Of a stretch of 64,000 bases of DNA, positions 38,369-48,066 are shown piece after piece. The position numbers and the translations under genes are program-made. How positions within the stretch are numbered: position 1 is the stretch's first letter; the number at the start of each line of letters is the position of its first letter. The notes under the pieces are model-generated. The model did not search any database and was not told where the DNA came from. It saw only the letters and a list, made by a program, of their open reading frames with translations. The stretch is from Patescibacteria group bacterium (GTDB lineage Bacteria; Patescibacteriota; JAHJAL01), in assembly GCA_036794765.1 (NCBI GenBank), contig DAIRGB010000001.1, positions 11,752 to 75,751 on the forward strand, given 5' to 3'.

Positions 38369-39415
38369 ATGAATTATTGGTTGATTTTTCTGGTTGGTTT
38401 AGTGATGTCTTTGACGATAACGCCAATATTTCGTTGGTTGGCTTATAGATTCGGGATTGTGGATAAACCTGACAACAAAAGAAAACTTCACGCCAGAAGT
38501 GTAGCCTACCTTGGTGGCTTGGCTTTGTTTGTGGTTTTTTTGATCGAAATGTTTTTGTTTGTTGAATTAACAAGTAATATTTTGATGATGATTGGTGGTT
38601 TGATTTTGGTGGTTTTGATTGGCTTGGTTGATGATATTTACAAGTTGAAGCCTTGGCAAAAGTTTTTGGGTCATTTATTTGTTGGTTTTTTGTTGGTGAT
38701 TGGTGGAATCGGTATTCAATCTTTTCCTTTGCCTGATGGTGGCTATATCGGTTTAAATCAGTGGTTGGTGGAATTTTCTATTGGTGGAATATTGATAAAG
38801 TTTGCATTATTGTCGGGGGTATTTACGTTATTGTGGACGGTATTTTTGATAAATTCGGTGAATTTTTTGGATGGGTTGGATGGGTTGGCGGGAGGTATTT
38901 CTTTGATTGCATTTTTAATTATTTTTTCCTTGAGCTTATCCAAATACGTTAATCAATCTGATATTGCGGTTATTTCTGTGATTATGGTTGCGGCCTTGTT
39001 GGGATTTTTACCGTACAATTTACCATCTGCCAGTATATTTTTGGGTGATGCTGGTTCGATGATGCTTGGTTATCTTTTGGCTGTTTTATCGATCTTGTCT
39101 GGTGGAAAGGTGGCAACTTTAGTCTTGGTTTTAGGTGTGGTTATTTTAGATACTTTTTTAGTTGTAATTTCGAGAATTAGAAGTGGAAAAAAAATATGGT
39201 CGGCCGATCGCTTGCATATGCATCATCGTCTTTTAGACCGGGGAATAAAACATTGGCAAATATTATTTGGATATTATGCAGTGTCATTGGTTCTTGGTTT
39301 ATCAGCAGTACTAGTACCATCGAGCATTTTTAAGTTAGTGATTTGGTTTATTTTTATTATTATTTTTTTTATTTTTTCTTATTTGTTGATGGCCACTAAG
39401 AAGGTAACAAAATAA
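38369..39415 (+). CDS. WecA/TagO-family polyprenyl-phosphate N-acetylhexosamine-1-phosphate transferase (MraY/WecA superfamily).
   Basis: NSVNFLDGLDGLAGG. FLGDAGSMMLGY. DRLHMHHRLL. Ten or more transmembrane segments. Confidence 0.7.
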   Translation: MNYWLIFLVGLVMSLTITPIFRWLAYRFGIVDKPDNKRKLHARSVAYLGGLALFVVFLIEMFLFVELTSNILMMIGGLILVVLIGLVDDIYKLKPWQKFLGHLFVGFLLVIGGIGIQSFPLPDGGYIGLNQWLVEFSIGGILIKFALLSGVFTLLWTVFLINSVNFLDGLDGLAGGISLIAFLIIFSLSLSKYVNQSDIAVISVIMVAALLGFLPYNLPSASIFLGDAGSMMLGYLLAVLSILSGGKVATLVLVLGVVILDTFLVVISRIRSGKKIWSADRLHMHHRLLDRGIKHWQILFGYYAVSLVLGLSAVLVPSSIFKLVIWFIFIIIFFIFSYLLMATKKVTK

Positions 39416-39497
39416 GTTTGGTTATCTTGTCAATTTTTGCTGTTGATGATATAATTATGGGTGTAAGTAATATTGATTATGAGAAAAAAAGAGGTAT

Positions 39498-39869
39498 ATG
39501 AATTACTTTGATCAAGATAAATTTAGAAATTTGGTGAGGGCTTTGCAGCAGATGGTTCGTTGTCCTCAGTGTGGCGGTGTTTTCAATGAACATGATGTGG
39601 AGTTGGTAGCTGGTATTGGCCAGGCATATTTTGTGAAGATGTCTTGTAGTAATTGCGGAATAAATGTTATGGCTTCTATGATGAATATGGACAAAAATAT
39701 AACCAAAAATACTGCGGTTTCGCCTTTTTCTTCAAACGCCCAGAAAAATCAATATCCGATAATCAAGGAAAACAAAATTCAAGAGGCTATTTCTGCCAAT
39801 GAATTGATCGGTTTGCACGATTATTTGAAGGATTTTACAGGTGATTTTAAATCGGTTTTTGGTAAGTGA
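39498..39869 (+). CDS. Hypothetical zinc-ribbon protein.
   Basis: CPQCGG...CSNCG Cys4 pattern. 123 aa. Confidence 0.45.
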   Translation: MNYFDQDKFRNLVRALQQMVRCPQCGGVFNEHDVELVAGIGQAYFVKMSCSNCGINVMASMMNMDKNITKNTAVSPFSSNAQKNQYPIIKENKIQEAISANELIGLHDYLKDFTGDFKSVFGK

Positions 39870-39959
39870 GAGATTATAAATCTTGCTTTATCGAGTTGTA
39901 TGGGTTAATTTATAAGAGACGAGTTTTATCGTCTCTATTTTTATTTATTGATAAGTGAC

Positions 39960-40640
39960 ATGGAAAAGATTGTATTAAAAGCTAAGTTGAGAGATATTGT
40001 TCAAGAAAAAGTAAAAAAGATCCGCCGGGATGGCTGGTTACCCTTGGTTGTGTATGGACAAAAAAAGGACAATATAAATTTGATGGTTAATTTCAATGAG
40101 TTTGTGAAAGTTTATCGGGCGGCTGGAAATAACACTATCGTTGAGTTGGATGTGGAAGGAAGTGAAAAAGAAAACGTGTTATTGGTGGAAATTGATTATC
40201 ACCCTTTGACGGATTTGCCGCGTCATGCTGATGCTTTACGAGTGAATATGCTTGAGAAGATTAGTACTTCGGTGCCGATAAATTTTGTAGGTGTTGCTAA
40301 AGCGGTTAAGGATTTGGGCGGGACTTTTATTGCTAACATTAGTAGTTTTGACGTGACTTGTTTGCCGGCAGATTTACCCAAGGTTATCGATGTGGATATT
40401 TCTGCGTTAAATACTTTTGAAGATATGATATATGTTAAAGATGTGGTTATATCTGATAAGGTCAAGATTGAAAGAGAATTGGATGATGTTGTAGCTAAAG
40501 TGGCGGAGCCAAGATCGGCAGAAGAATTGGCTGAATTGGATAAAGAAGTAGAAGAAAATGTGGATAAAGTAGAAGTGGAAAAGGCTAAGAAAGAAGGTGA
40601 AACTACTGAAGAAGGTGAAAAGAAAGAAGAAAAGAAATAA
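39960..40640 (+). CDS. rplY: 50S ribosomal protein L25 (Ctc-type general stress protein form). The ORF track begins at a TTG at 39948. The ATG at 39960 is preferred.
   Basis: KIRRDGWLPLVVYGQ. Acidic C-terminal extension. Confidence 0.8.
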   Translation: MEKIVLKAKLRDIVQEKVKKIRRDGWLPLVVYGQKKDNINLMVNFNEFVKVYRAAGNNTIVELDVEGSEKENVLLVEIDYHPLTDLPRHADALRVNMLEKISTSVPINFVGVAKAVKDLGGTFIANISSFDVTCLPADLPKVIDVDISALNTFEDMIYVKDVVISDKVKIERELDDVVAKVAEPRSAEELAELDKEVEENVDKVEVEKAKKEGETTEEGEKKEEKK

Positions 40641-40664
40641 TTTTTTATTGAGAATTGCTATAAT

Positions 40665-40698
40665 AAAACAGGAACTTTATTCCTGTTTTATTTTTTTT
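40665..40698 (+). terminator. Rho-independent terminator after rplY.
   Basis: AAAACAGGA, loop ACTTTAT, then TCCTGTTTT followed by ATTTTTTTT. Confidence 0.65.
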
Positions 40699-40707
40699 AC
40701 AAACTAT

Positions 40708-40779
40708 CTCTCTGTAGTTCAATGGATAGAACAAGGGACTCCTAAGCCCTAGATGAAGGTTCGATTCCTTCCAGGGAGA
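40708..40779 (+). tRNA. tRNA-Arg with anticodon CCT.
   Basis: Acceptor stem CTCTCTG pairs with CAGGGAG. Anticodon loop CTCCTAA. T-arm GAAGGTTCGATTCCTTC. Discriminator A. Confidence 0.75.
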
Positions 40780-40816
40780 TTTAGATGTTTTGTGATTGAT
40801 TAATAACTAGAGTTGT

Positions 40817-41311
40817 ATGAAGAAAAGTAAAAAAGTTTTTCAAGGGCAAAAAGATGGGGAAGAACTGATTATGATTTTTCGTAAGCATTGGTTTGGTATT
40901 ATTAAACCAATTTGTTTGTTTACGTTATTATTTGTGGTGTCGGTGTTGATATTGGTATATTGGTTTGATATTACGATAATGTTGATTGTTGGATTTGTGA
41001 TTTTATTGTTGGCGATTTTTTATTTTTTGTATAATTATTTGTTGTGGTGGCAGGATGTGTATATTTTGACCACTCAAAGAGTTATTGATGTTGATCAGAA
41101 ATCTTTATTTCATCGGGTTGTGTCGGAAGCGGAGTTAAAAAATATTCAAGACACAAATTATGAGGTTGAAGGATTTTGGCGGACAATGTTGAATTTTGGG
41201 CGCGTCAAGATTCTTACTGCATCTTCTGGTCAGAGTATTGTTTTTGAGGATATATCCAATCCTCATAAAGTGCAAGAAATGATAATCCAAGCTAAAGATG
41301 TATTAGGTTAA
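40817..41311 (+). CDS. Membrane protein with a bacterial PH (YdbS/DUF304-like) domain.
   Basis: Two transmembrane segments followed by a bPH-like beta-rich domain. Confidence 0.5.
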   Translation: MKKSKKVFQGQKDGEELIMIFRKHWFGIIKPICLFTLLFVVSVLILVYWFDITIMLIVGFVILLLAIFYFLYNYLLWWQDVYILTTQRVIDVDQKSLFHRVVSEAELKNIQDTNYEVEGFWRTMLNFGRVKILTASSGQSIVFEDISNPHKVQEMIIQAKDVLG

Positions 41312-42673
41312 TGAATCGTTTAGGCTTTGGATTCGTAAGTATTCTATGGCGGGAGATATTTTGCGATCAATTGGTTCGGAGAGGATGAGAAATTCCTTGG
41401 TTTTTTTGATGTCAAGGACGTCTTTCCCAGGGCGGAGGAATTTTAACATTTTTAGTTGATTTTGAACAATATTCTTGAGATCAAAAATATTTTTGAAGGA
41501 TGTGTGGCTAGTAAAGACGCCACTTGTAAGACTTATTGGTGGCGGGGTTGTGTCGGAACCAATATTCCGAAAAATAATTTGTGAGCCCTTGATTGGATTT
41601 TGTTGGATATTTTCGATGGTTTGATCAGATAATTGATATTCTAGTTGCAACATTTCCAGGATGTGAATGGCCAAAAGAGGAATTTGGTTATTTTTCAATT
41701 GTAATTTTGTAACCATAGGAACGGAAGCAGTGAGGCGGGGATTGCACTCGATGAAGAAATGTTGACCGGTTTGAGAATCAATAACAAAATCTAATCCAAA
41801 AAAGCCGTTGTAGTTTAATTTTTGGAGATAAACACCAAATTTTTTCACATCAGAGTAGAGTCGGGATAGATTTTTAAAAACGTTTAGATTGGCAGAATAT
41901 ATATTTCCGCAAGTTCCACCGGGGGAGGGGTTGAGGTCGGGGAGGTTGGTTATTTGAAAGAAAGGTGGTTGGATGACGATTTGAGCTTTGTTGACACTAG
42001 GGTGGAGTATACAGGCATTGAGTGAATAGGTTGGTCCGTCGATTTTTTGGCTGATTTTGGTGGGATAATTGAGATAGTTGTTTTTGACTAATTGAAGTTG
42101 GTCATCTGAAGAGACCAAAAATGTGGAACTACCAGCAAATCCTCTGGGAAATTGGAGAAAAAATTGTGGTCCGTATTTTTGGGAGTAATTTTGATAGGAT
42201 ATTTCCTTTAATTTTTCGATTGAGTAATCGGGTTGAGGGAGAGATAATTCGGTTATGATTTGGGAAAAATTTATTTTATTTTCGATTTGGCGGTTGAGTT
42301 TAGCGGGATTGGCAAGCAATTGCCAGCGATTATTTTGACAAATTTTTTCCAACGAAGGAGACGGTTTATAAACTAAAATATTGGATTGATATTGGTTAAA
42401 TGATGTTATGTGCTTGATAGTAGCTGGATGATTTAGCAACACGTTGGTACTTCGTCTTTTGAGAAGATCTTTGGTGTTATTTAGTAGAGAAAAATGATTA
42501 ACAGAAGGGGGGAAAAGTTTGGTTATTGGATGATCGTCGTAACTGATGATTTTGAGAGGGAAAATTTCTTCTAATCCTAAGGCATCTTTTGGGAAAGTGA
42601 CAGCAAAAAAAATATCGTCAACGTATTGTCGGGTAATAAATTCTTTTAGGTTGGTTTGGTCTTTGATAAACAT
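41303..42673 (-). CDS. ATP-grasp family ligase.
   Basis: GFFGLDFVIDSQTGQHFFIECNPRLTAS. The E-x-N-P-R motif is characteristic of the ATP-grasp fold. Confidence 0.55.
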   Translation of the reverse strand: MFIKDQTNLKEFITRQYVDDIFFAVTFPKDALGLEEIFPLKIISYDDHPITKLFPPSVNHFSLLNNTKDLLKRRSTNVLLNHPATIKHITSFNQYQSNILVYKPSPSLEKICQNNRWQLLANPAKLNRQIENKINFSQIITELSLPQPDYSIEKLKEISYQNYSQKYGPQFFLQFPRGFAGSSTFLVSSDDQLQLVKNNYLNYPTKISQKIDGPTYSLNACILHPSVNKAQIVIQPPFFQITNLPDLNPSPGGTCGNIYSANLNVFKNLSRLYSDVKKFGVYLQKLNYNGFFGLDFVIDSQTGQHFFIECNPRLTASVPMVTKLQLKNNQIPLLAIHILEMLQLEYQLSDQTIENIQQNPIKGSQIIFRNIGSDTTPPPISLTSGVFTSHTSFKNIFDLKNIVQNQLKMLKFLRPGKDVLDIKKTKEFLILSEPIDRKISPAIEYLRIQSLNDSLT

Positions 42674-42684
42674 AGAAATTGGGA

Positions 42685-43782
42685 TTATTTTTTGATGTTT
42701 TGTTGCGACAAGATTGTGTCAATGTCTTGAGTATTTTCGGCAAAATATTCGATGATTTTTGATGTGGATAAGATGGTATTGTGTTCAGTGCCGGAAATGA
42801 TTACAACTGTTGATTGTATGTGATAATACTCAATAAATTCTAGGGCAGCAGCAAGCGATGCGGCTCCTTCAGGTGATGAATTTATTTGATTTTGTTGTAA
42901 TTTTTGATGAGCTTCTAGAATTTTTTGGTTATTGACCCAGTGGATTAGTCCTTGAGGTATTGATTTTATGACCGGAATATATATTTTTTGATTAGAGTAG
43001 TCGGCTGGATTGATTTTTTGATGTAATTTTAAATATATTTCTTTGGCTCTTTTTGGTTTGGTTAGCGAGTTGTTTCCAGCGAGTTGTTTTTCGGCGGAAA
43101 AATTTTGATGGAATAACTCTTTGGCGAGAAAAATTTGTTGACCTGATTGAACACCGACGATTTGGGGTTTGGGGATAATAGGATTTTTGTAGTAATAATT
43201 GTGCAGGCCGAGAATTGAAGCACCAGATGTGCAGTAGGAGAATATTGCCTGGCAGTTTGGTAGTTGATTATTGATTTCCCAACCTAGAGTTTCAAAACCG
43301 GTAATAGCTCGGTTGTCATGGGAAGGGTTTAGTAGAGGAATGTGATATTTTCGACTGATATATTTGGCTAATCGGTAGGCTTTTTTAGATTTAATAATTA
43401 TATGTGGATTTTTGGTGATGATTTGAGAAATTTTGTTGGCAGGAGTGGTGGGGGAAATGAGAATAATTGGCTTAATGTCGTTTTTTTGGCAAAAAGCGCA
43501 GCAAGAGATGGCGGCATTGCCAGAAGAAGACAGGACACAGTATTTTGATTCTATCTTTTTTAGGTGTGATATTTGGTAGGCCAAAGCCCTATCTTTAAAT
43601 GAACCATTGGGATTTAGATCTTCTCGTTTAAGAAATAGTTTTGAATTTTTATTATTTGTTTTTAAAAGATAGGAATGATCTTCTAAGGGGGTGTTGCCTT
43701 GGCCCAAATCAAGCTTGTTTTCCTTTTTGAATTTTTTGATAAAACCTGGATAGTTCCAGAATTTTTGCATGTTTTTTTTCAT
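42685..43782 (-). CDS. Fold-type II PLP-dependent enzyme, threonine synthase-like.
   Basis: GNTPL substrate-loop motif and lysine motif GSFKDRA. 365 aa, matching short-form ThrC. Confidence 0.6.
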   Translation of the reverse strand: MKKNMQKFWNYPGFIKKFKKENKLDLGQGNTPLEDHSYLLKTNNKNSKLFLKREDLNPNGSFKDRALAYQISHLKKIESKYCVLSSSGNAAISCCAFCQKNDIKPIILISPTTPANKISQIITKNPHIIIKSKKAYRLAKYISRKYHIPLLNPSHDNRAITGFETLGWEINNQLPNCQAIFSYCTSGASILGLHNYYYKNPIIPKPQIVGVQSGQQIFLAKELFHQNFSAEKQLAGNNSLTKPKRAKEIYLKLHQKINPADYSNQKIYIPVIKSIPQGLIHWVNNQKILEAHQKLQQNQINSSPEGAASLAAALEFIEYYHIQSTVVIISGTEHNTILSTSKIIEYFAENTQDIDTILSQQNIKK

Positions 43783-43866
43783 ATGAATAATTTGATAGAA
43801 AATTTTTTTTAATGTGTTAATATGGAAAAGAACTTATTGTTTTCAAAATTTATAGGAGAAATAAAT

Positions 43867-44022
43867 ATGAAATGTATGGATTGTGGTGAAGAGTTGATTT
43901 TGGATTTGGATGAAGAAGAATATCAAGTTGGTGATGTGTTGGAGTGCGAGTATTGTGGGGCGGAAATGGAGATTTTGCAATTGGATCCAGTGGTGTTGGG
44001 CTTGATAAATGAAGAAAAGTAG
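43867..44022 (+). CDS. LysW-like zinc-ribbon mini-protein (amino-group carrier protein family) with a non-canonical C-terminus.
   Basis: CMDCGEELILDLDEEEYQVGDVLECEYCGAEMEILQLDPVVLGL aligns by eye with LysW CPECGAEL...GE.V.CE.CGAELEV.GLDPL.L. AGGAG ribosome-binding site 7 nt upstream of the ATG at 43867. Confidence 0.5.
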   Translation: MKCMDCGEELILDLDEEEYQVGDVLECEYCGAEMEILQLDPVVLGLINEEK

Positions 44023-44023
44023 A

Positions 44024-45490
44024 TCAATTGTTTGGATTTTCGTAAATTCTTTCCAGGATGGATTTTAGTGAATATTTGTTTTTTAAGTGTGACTCTTGAA
44101 AATTGGCGCCGGCCGGGGACATCAAAATAATGTCGCCGGTTTTGGTGTTTTTTAAGGCCAATTTTAAGGTATCGGTTAGATCATTGTTTTTATGAATTTT
44201 TACTGATTTTTCTTTTTGATTTAAAAGTGATTTTTCCAGCGAATTTGAAGTTGTTCCTGGTAAAAGATAAAGGTTTTTTATTCTTTGATTAATGATTTTT
44301 GCTAAAAGATTGTGACTAACTTTTTTATGATTGCCCCCGATGATTAAATGAATATTTTTGTTGGGGAAAGAGTTAATGGCGGAAATTGTTGATGTTGGCG
44401 TACTAGATTTTAGATCATCGATTATATCTACGCCTTTTATTTGGGCGATTTTTTCTAAACGGTGGGGGATGCCTTGAAAATTATTTAGTACTTTTGTGAT
44501 AGTAGTTGCTGAAATATTGAATTTGGAGATTGCTCCCAGGGCTGCCAAAATATTGGCTGGATTGTGTGAGTTTTCTAAATATGGATTGGAAATGGATAAC
44601 CATAATTTGTTTTTATAATAAATTTTGTTTTTTTCTATATATAGGTTTTGACTTGATTTCTTTTTTAGAGAGAAAGGAATAATGGGGGCGGGGAAGCGGT
44701 GAAGGTTTTTTTTGATAATTGAATTGTCGATATTAATTATTGCTATGTCGTTTTTGTTTTGGTATTTGAACAAGCTGAATTTCGTTTCTTGATAATTTTT
44801 GTATGATTTGTGTTCGGAAATATGGTTGGGGTAGATATTTGTCAAAACTGCAATATGAGGGCTGGATTGGAGGTCAATGGTTAGTTGTCGGTTGCTGATT
44901 TCCAGGACAAGAATATCTGTTGGCTTGATAGATCTGATTTGGGGTAGTATTTGTTCATAAATACTTCTTTCGTTTCCGGAAGTAAACACTTTGTATCCTC
45001 CTGCTTGGAGAATTTTGGTTATGATTGTGGTGGTTGTAGTTTTTCCATTGCTTCCAGTAATACCGATGATTGGGCATGGGGTTAAGTCAAAGTATAATTT
45101 GGTTAAACTGGAAACGGGGATTTTCATATCGATTGCTTTTTGCAAGTGAGGAAAGTTTGGTGGATAAAGATACCAGGCTTGAGTAAGAAAGATAAGATCG
45201 GCATGGTGTATATTTTGCAGATAGTTTTCTTTGAGATTCAATTTTACTTTAGAGTTTATTATTTTTTTTAGTTTTTTGGATCTTTCTTGAGCCGATAAGT
45301 TGGTGTGAGTTTGTTTAAAACGATGACGGAATGATCGAAGATCTGGTTGAAAATCATGTAGAGTGATTTGATTAATGTTGTTGTCGATTAAAAATTCAGC
45401 AATCGCTGTTCCTTCTGATCCGGAGGCGCCAATAATGTGAATATTCTTTCCGCGAATTGTGTTTATGTATTTTTCAATATTGTCTGACAT
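44024..45490 (-). CDS. murD: UDP-N-acetylmuramoylalanine--D-glutamate ligase.
   Basis: N-terminal Rossmann GKNIHIIGASGSEG. Mur ligase P-loop IIGITGSNGKTTT. GIPHRLE. LIIGGNHK. ILMSPAGANFQ. Confidence 0.75.
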   Translation of the reverse strand: MSDNIEKYINTIRGKNIHIIGASGSEGTAIAEFLIDNNINQITLHDFQPDLRSFRHRFKQTHTNLSAQERSKKLKKIINSKVKLNLKENYLQNIHHADLIFLTQAWYLYPPNFPHLQKAIDMKIPVSSLTKLYFDLTPCPIIGITGSNGKTTTTTIITKILQAGGYKVFTSGNERSIYEQILPQIRSIKPTDILVLEISNRQLTIDLQSSPHIAVLTNIYPNHISEHKSYKNYQETKFSLFKYQNKNDIAIINIDNSIIKKNLHRFPAPIIPFSLKKKSSQNLYIEKNKIYYKNKLWLSISNPYLENSHNPANILAALGAISKFNISATTITKVLNNFQGIPHRLEKIAQIKGVDIIDDLKSSTPTSTISAINSFPNKNIHLIIGGNHKKVSHNLLAKIINQRIKNLYLLPGTTSNSLEKSLLNQKEKSVKIHKNNDLTDTLKLALKNTKTGDIILMSPAGANFQESHLKNKYSLKSILERIYENPNN

Positions 45491-45687
45491 ATGATGCGTT
45501 TTTTTAGATAGTTGAACATGATTAATTATATCAGATTTAGCGATTAAAGGATTTTTGAATGTAAAAAAATTTGTTGTTTTTTATGATAGTTTTGACTGTT
45601 ATCTTGTTGACATGCGATGGATATAAAGGTTATAATGGTGGGATTTATAAATTAATTTGGTTATAAGATATAAATAATTTAAATGAA

Positions 45688-46497
45688 ATGAAAACAAAAA
45701 AACAGTTGTTAAAAGGATGTAATTTAAGACAGAAAATTATAAGTTTGTCAAGTTTGATGGTTACTTTTACTTTGTTATTGGTTGGATGTAACCAGACAAA
45801 TGATTATGCAAATCAGCAAGGTTATTATCAGGCTCAACCGGATCAGAATAGCGGTTATTATCAATATCCGCAACAATTTGGAGCGATGCAGCCAATGAAT
45901 AACAATACTCCGAAATCTGGAAATGCTGGTGGTACTGGTACTGGTAGCTCAAAAAAGAGTGCGCCTAGTTATGGAGGTGGAGGAACAGGACAGTCGGGTT
46001 ATCAAGCGGTGGGAAACATGTGGAATAATATGTGGGGCGGTTCTTCTGATTCGGGATATTATAGTGATCAGGGTTATTATGACCCAGGGTATTACGGGGG
46101 TTATGATTCGGGTAATTATGGTTATGGTGCTGGGGATCATTATGGTAGTGGTTATAGCGATGATTATGCTAATCAAACCTATCAGGATATTTATGAGAAT
46201 AGGGCCGCAACAAATCAGGAAATAAATGATAATACTTCCCAGTGGCTTTACGAGGGGGAAGCGAATTATATCAATCCTGAGACAGGAGAATTGGAGTCTC
46301 ATGATTATACTCAGGGAAATGATTGGTATCAAGATTCCTCTGGAGATCAATGGCAGACGAGTGATTCAAGTTATACTCCGGAATATTCAACCGAAACTCA
46401 GATGGAACAATATGGAGGTTGGGCGAGTGATTACAGTGCTAGTGATTATGGATATGATTCTGGAAGCTATGATTCTGGTAGTTATGATTATGAGTAA
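45688..46497 (+). CDS. Low-complexity Tyr/Gly/Ser/Asp/Gln-rich secreted lipoprotein.
   Basis: Lipobox LLVGC. Repetitive YY, GYY and SGSYD motifs throughout. Confidence 0.5.
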   Translation: MKTKKQLLKGCNLRQKIISLSSLMVTFTLLLVGCNQTNDYANQQGYYQAQPDQNSGYYQYPQQFGAMQPMNNNTPKSGNAGGTGTGSSKKSAPSYGGGGTGQSGYQAVGNMWNNMWGGSSDSGYYSDQGYYDPGYYGGYDSGNYGYGAGDHYGSGYSDDYANQTYQDIYENRAATNQEINDNTSQWLYEGEANYINPETGELESHDYTQGNDWYQDSSGDQWQTSDSSYTPEYSTETQMEQYGGWASDYSASDYGYDSGSYDSGSYDYE

Positions 46498-46520
46498 ATA
46501 GTATACAAGATCAATAAATT

Positions 46521-46552
46521 AAAAAGTCCCACCTATTGGTGGGACTTTTTTG
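46521..46552. terminator. Bidirectional terminator between the Y-rich protein gene and rpmA.
   Basis: AAAAAGTCCCACC, loop TATT, then GGTGGGACTTTTTT. Confidence 0.65.
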
Positions 46553-46574
46553 AATACAAATATTAGATAATTGA

Positions 46575-46847
46575 TTATTTGACGTGAACGATTGTCTTCA
46601 TGCGAAGACTGCCATTGAATCTGGGGAGCTTTTTCTTTTGAAAAGAAACTGTACCATCAGCCATAGCGTAGATAGTATGGTCTTTTCCAAGGGAAACGTT
46701 GTTTCCGGGAAAATAGCGTTTTCCACGTTGGCGGAGGATTATTTCACCTTTGTTGATAGCTTGACCACCAAAAACTTTTACTCCTAGGCGTTTTGATTGA
46801 CTATCTCGCCCTAGACGTGTACTTCCACCGGCTTTTACGTGTGACAT
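46575..46847 (-). CDS. rpmA: 50S ribosomal protein L27.
   Basis: [24 protein letters not shown]. Confidence 0.9.
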   Translation of the reverse strand: MSHVKAGGSTRLGRDSQSKRLGVKVFGGQAINKGEIILRQRGKRYFPGNNVSLGKDHTIYAMADGTVSFQKKKLPRFNGSLRMKTIVHVK

Positions 46848-48022
46848 ATTTTTCCTCTATTGGTTATTTTTTGTAAGACAAGAAGTTGACGATTGATTCG
46901 TTGATTTGGTTGGCTGTAAATCAGATCGCTATGGATTATATTATAGTTTTTTTGGAGATTCTGGTCAAGTAACCTTGTTAAATCGATAGCGACGGTTTGG
47001 GATAAGGTTTGAAAAACAGGTAGAACCATGACTAAAAATCCCGATTTTTTTAGATTGTTGGTGGAGTTGATTAAAAAGTTTCGGTATAAAGGGAGGAGGC
47101 TTTCAATTTTGGAGATAGCGTCGGCAGGGGTTATTTGAGTTTTTAATGGGGGTCCCAAAAATGGTTCAGTAATTATAGCGTCAACAGCTTTATCCAAGAT
47201 TTGTTTGGTGGCATCGGCACAAAAAATAGATTTTTCCAGATTTGGTCGGAAATTTGCTTGTGATAACTTAAATGTTTGGTTAAGCCATTTGAGATTAGCG
47301 ATCGTGTTATTGACGGCGATTTGGCTTATATCGGAGCCAATTATACTGATGTTTCGCAATAATGCTTCTTGAAGAATAACACCACTTCCGCAAAAAGGAT
47401 CGTAGATAGTTTGATTTGCTTGGGTATGTCCAAGATTGAGCATTATTTGAGCGAGCTTGGGAGGTAACATGCCTGATATGGGATCTGGTTTTGGCTTACC
47501 ATAATCTCTTTTGGTGTAAGAGTCGATATTTTGGTAAGCGATTGTTTGACCAATAATTATTTCTCGGTTGTTTTTGATTAAGACTATTTCTACCCCTTTT
47601 TCCAAAAGTCGGTTTTGATTTATAGTAGCGGCGTTGAGAGGTTGTCCTTCATTGTTGATAACAAAGCGTTTGGACAAGTTATTTTGTTTTAATTCTTTTT
47701 TGAGTTTGATTAGGTGAGAAAAAAGATTTTTGTTGAAATTGTAATAACTGATACCAATATCTCTGGGTAATTGAGGATTTTTGATAATATAATTTTGTAG
47801 AGCAGAAAAAAAATCATCCGTGGTTTGAACTTTGTATTCAAGAATTTTGATAGTGCCACCAAGTTGATCAAGAATGTTTTGAGGGTTGGAGACGGATTGA
47901 GTGAGTTTGAGAAGAATAGTGTTTGGGGTTAAACTGGTTATGGGTGGATTGTGAAAAAAACAGTTGATCTCTGCTTTGGAAAGTATTGGATTAGAGCCCA
48001 AAATAAAGATGTATGATTTCAT
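46835..48022 (-). CDS. Class I SAM-dependent methyltransferase. It resembles the UPF0020/THUMP-associated RNA N2-guanine methyltransferases.
   Basis: [24 protein letters not shown]...[13 protein letters not shown]. Motif IV is degenerate (TEPFLGPP). Confidence 0.5.
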   Translation of the reverse strand: MKSYIFILGSNPILSKAEINCFFHNPPITSLTPNTILLKLTQSVSNPQNILDQLGGTIKILEYKVQTTDDFFSALQNYIIKNPQLPRDIGISYYNFNKNLFSHLIKLKKELKQNNLSKRFVINNEGQPLNAATINQNRLLEKGVEIVLIKNNREIIIGQTIAYQNIDSYTKRDYGKPKPDPISGMLPPKLAQIMLNLGHTQANQTIYDPFCGSGVILQEALLRNISIIGSDISQIAVNNTIANLKWLNQTFKLSQANFRPNLEKSIFCADATKQILDKAVDAIITEPFLGPPLKTQITPADAISKIESLLPLYRNFLINSTNNLKKSGFLVMVLPVFQTLSQTVAIDLTRLLDQNLQKNYNIIHSDLIYSQPNQRINRQLLVLQKITNRGKICHT

Positions 48023-48066
48023 ATCAGATAAAAAAGAAAATTTAATGTTAGAGATTGTGAGATATT

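Noticed and set aside
43822-43866. Upstream extension of the LysW-like ORF (MEKNLLFSKFIGEIN...)
   Set aside because: The internal ATG at 43867 has a strong AGGAG ribosome-binding site at ideal spacing. LysW-family proteins begin immediately before the first CxxC. The longer form is unlikely.
44024-45490. Mur-ligase gene as part of a split cyanophycin-synthetase-like system with the nearby ATP-grasp
   Set aside because: The protein has the full MurD architecture and motifs (N-terminal Rossmann, GSNGKTT, GxPHRxE, GGxxK, C-terminal SPAxAS). It is better explained as housekeeping murD. The ATP-grasp gene is in a separate operon.
45923-46501. Several overlapping ORFs on both strands (100, 133 and 91 aa) rich in I/V/M/R
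   Set aside because: These are frame artefacts of the low-complexity Y/G/S/D-rich lipoprotein gene at 45688-46497. The lipoprotein alone has a signal peptide and a coherent start.
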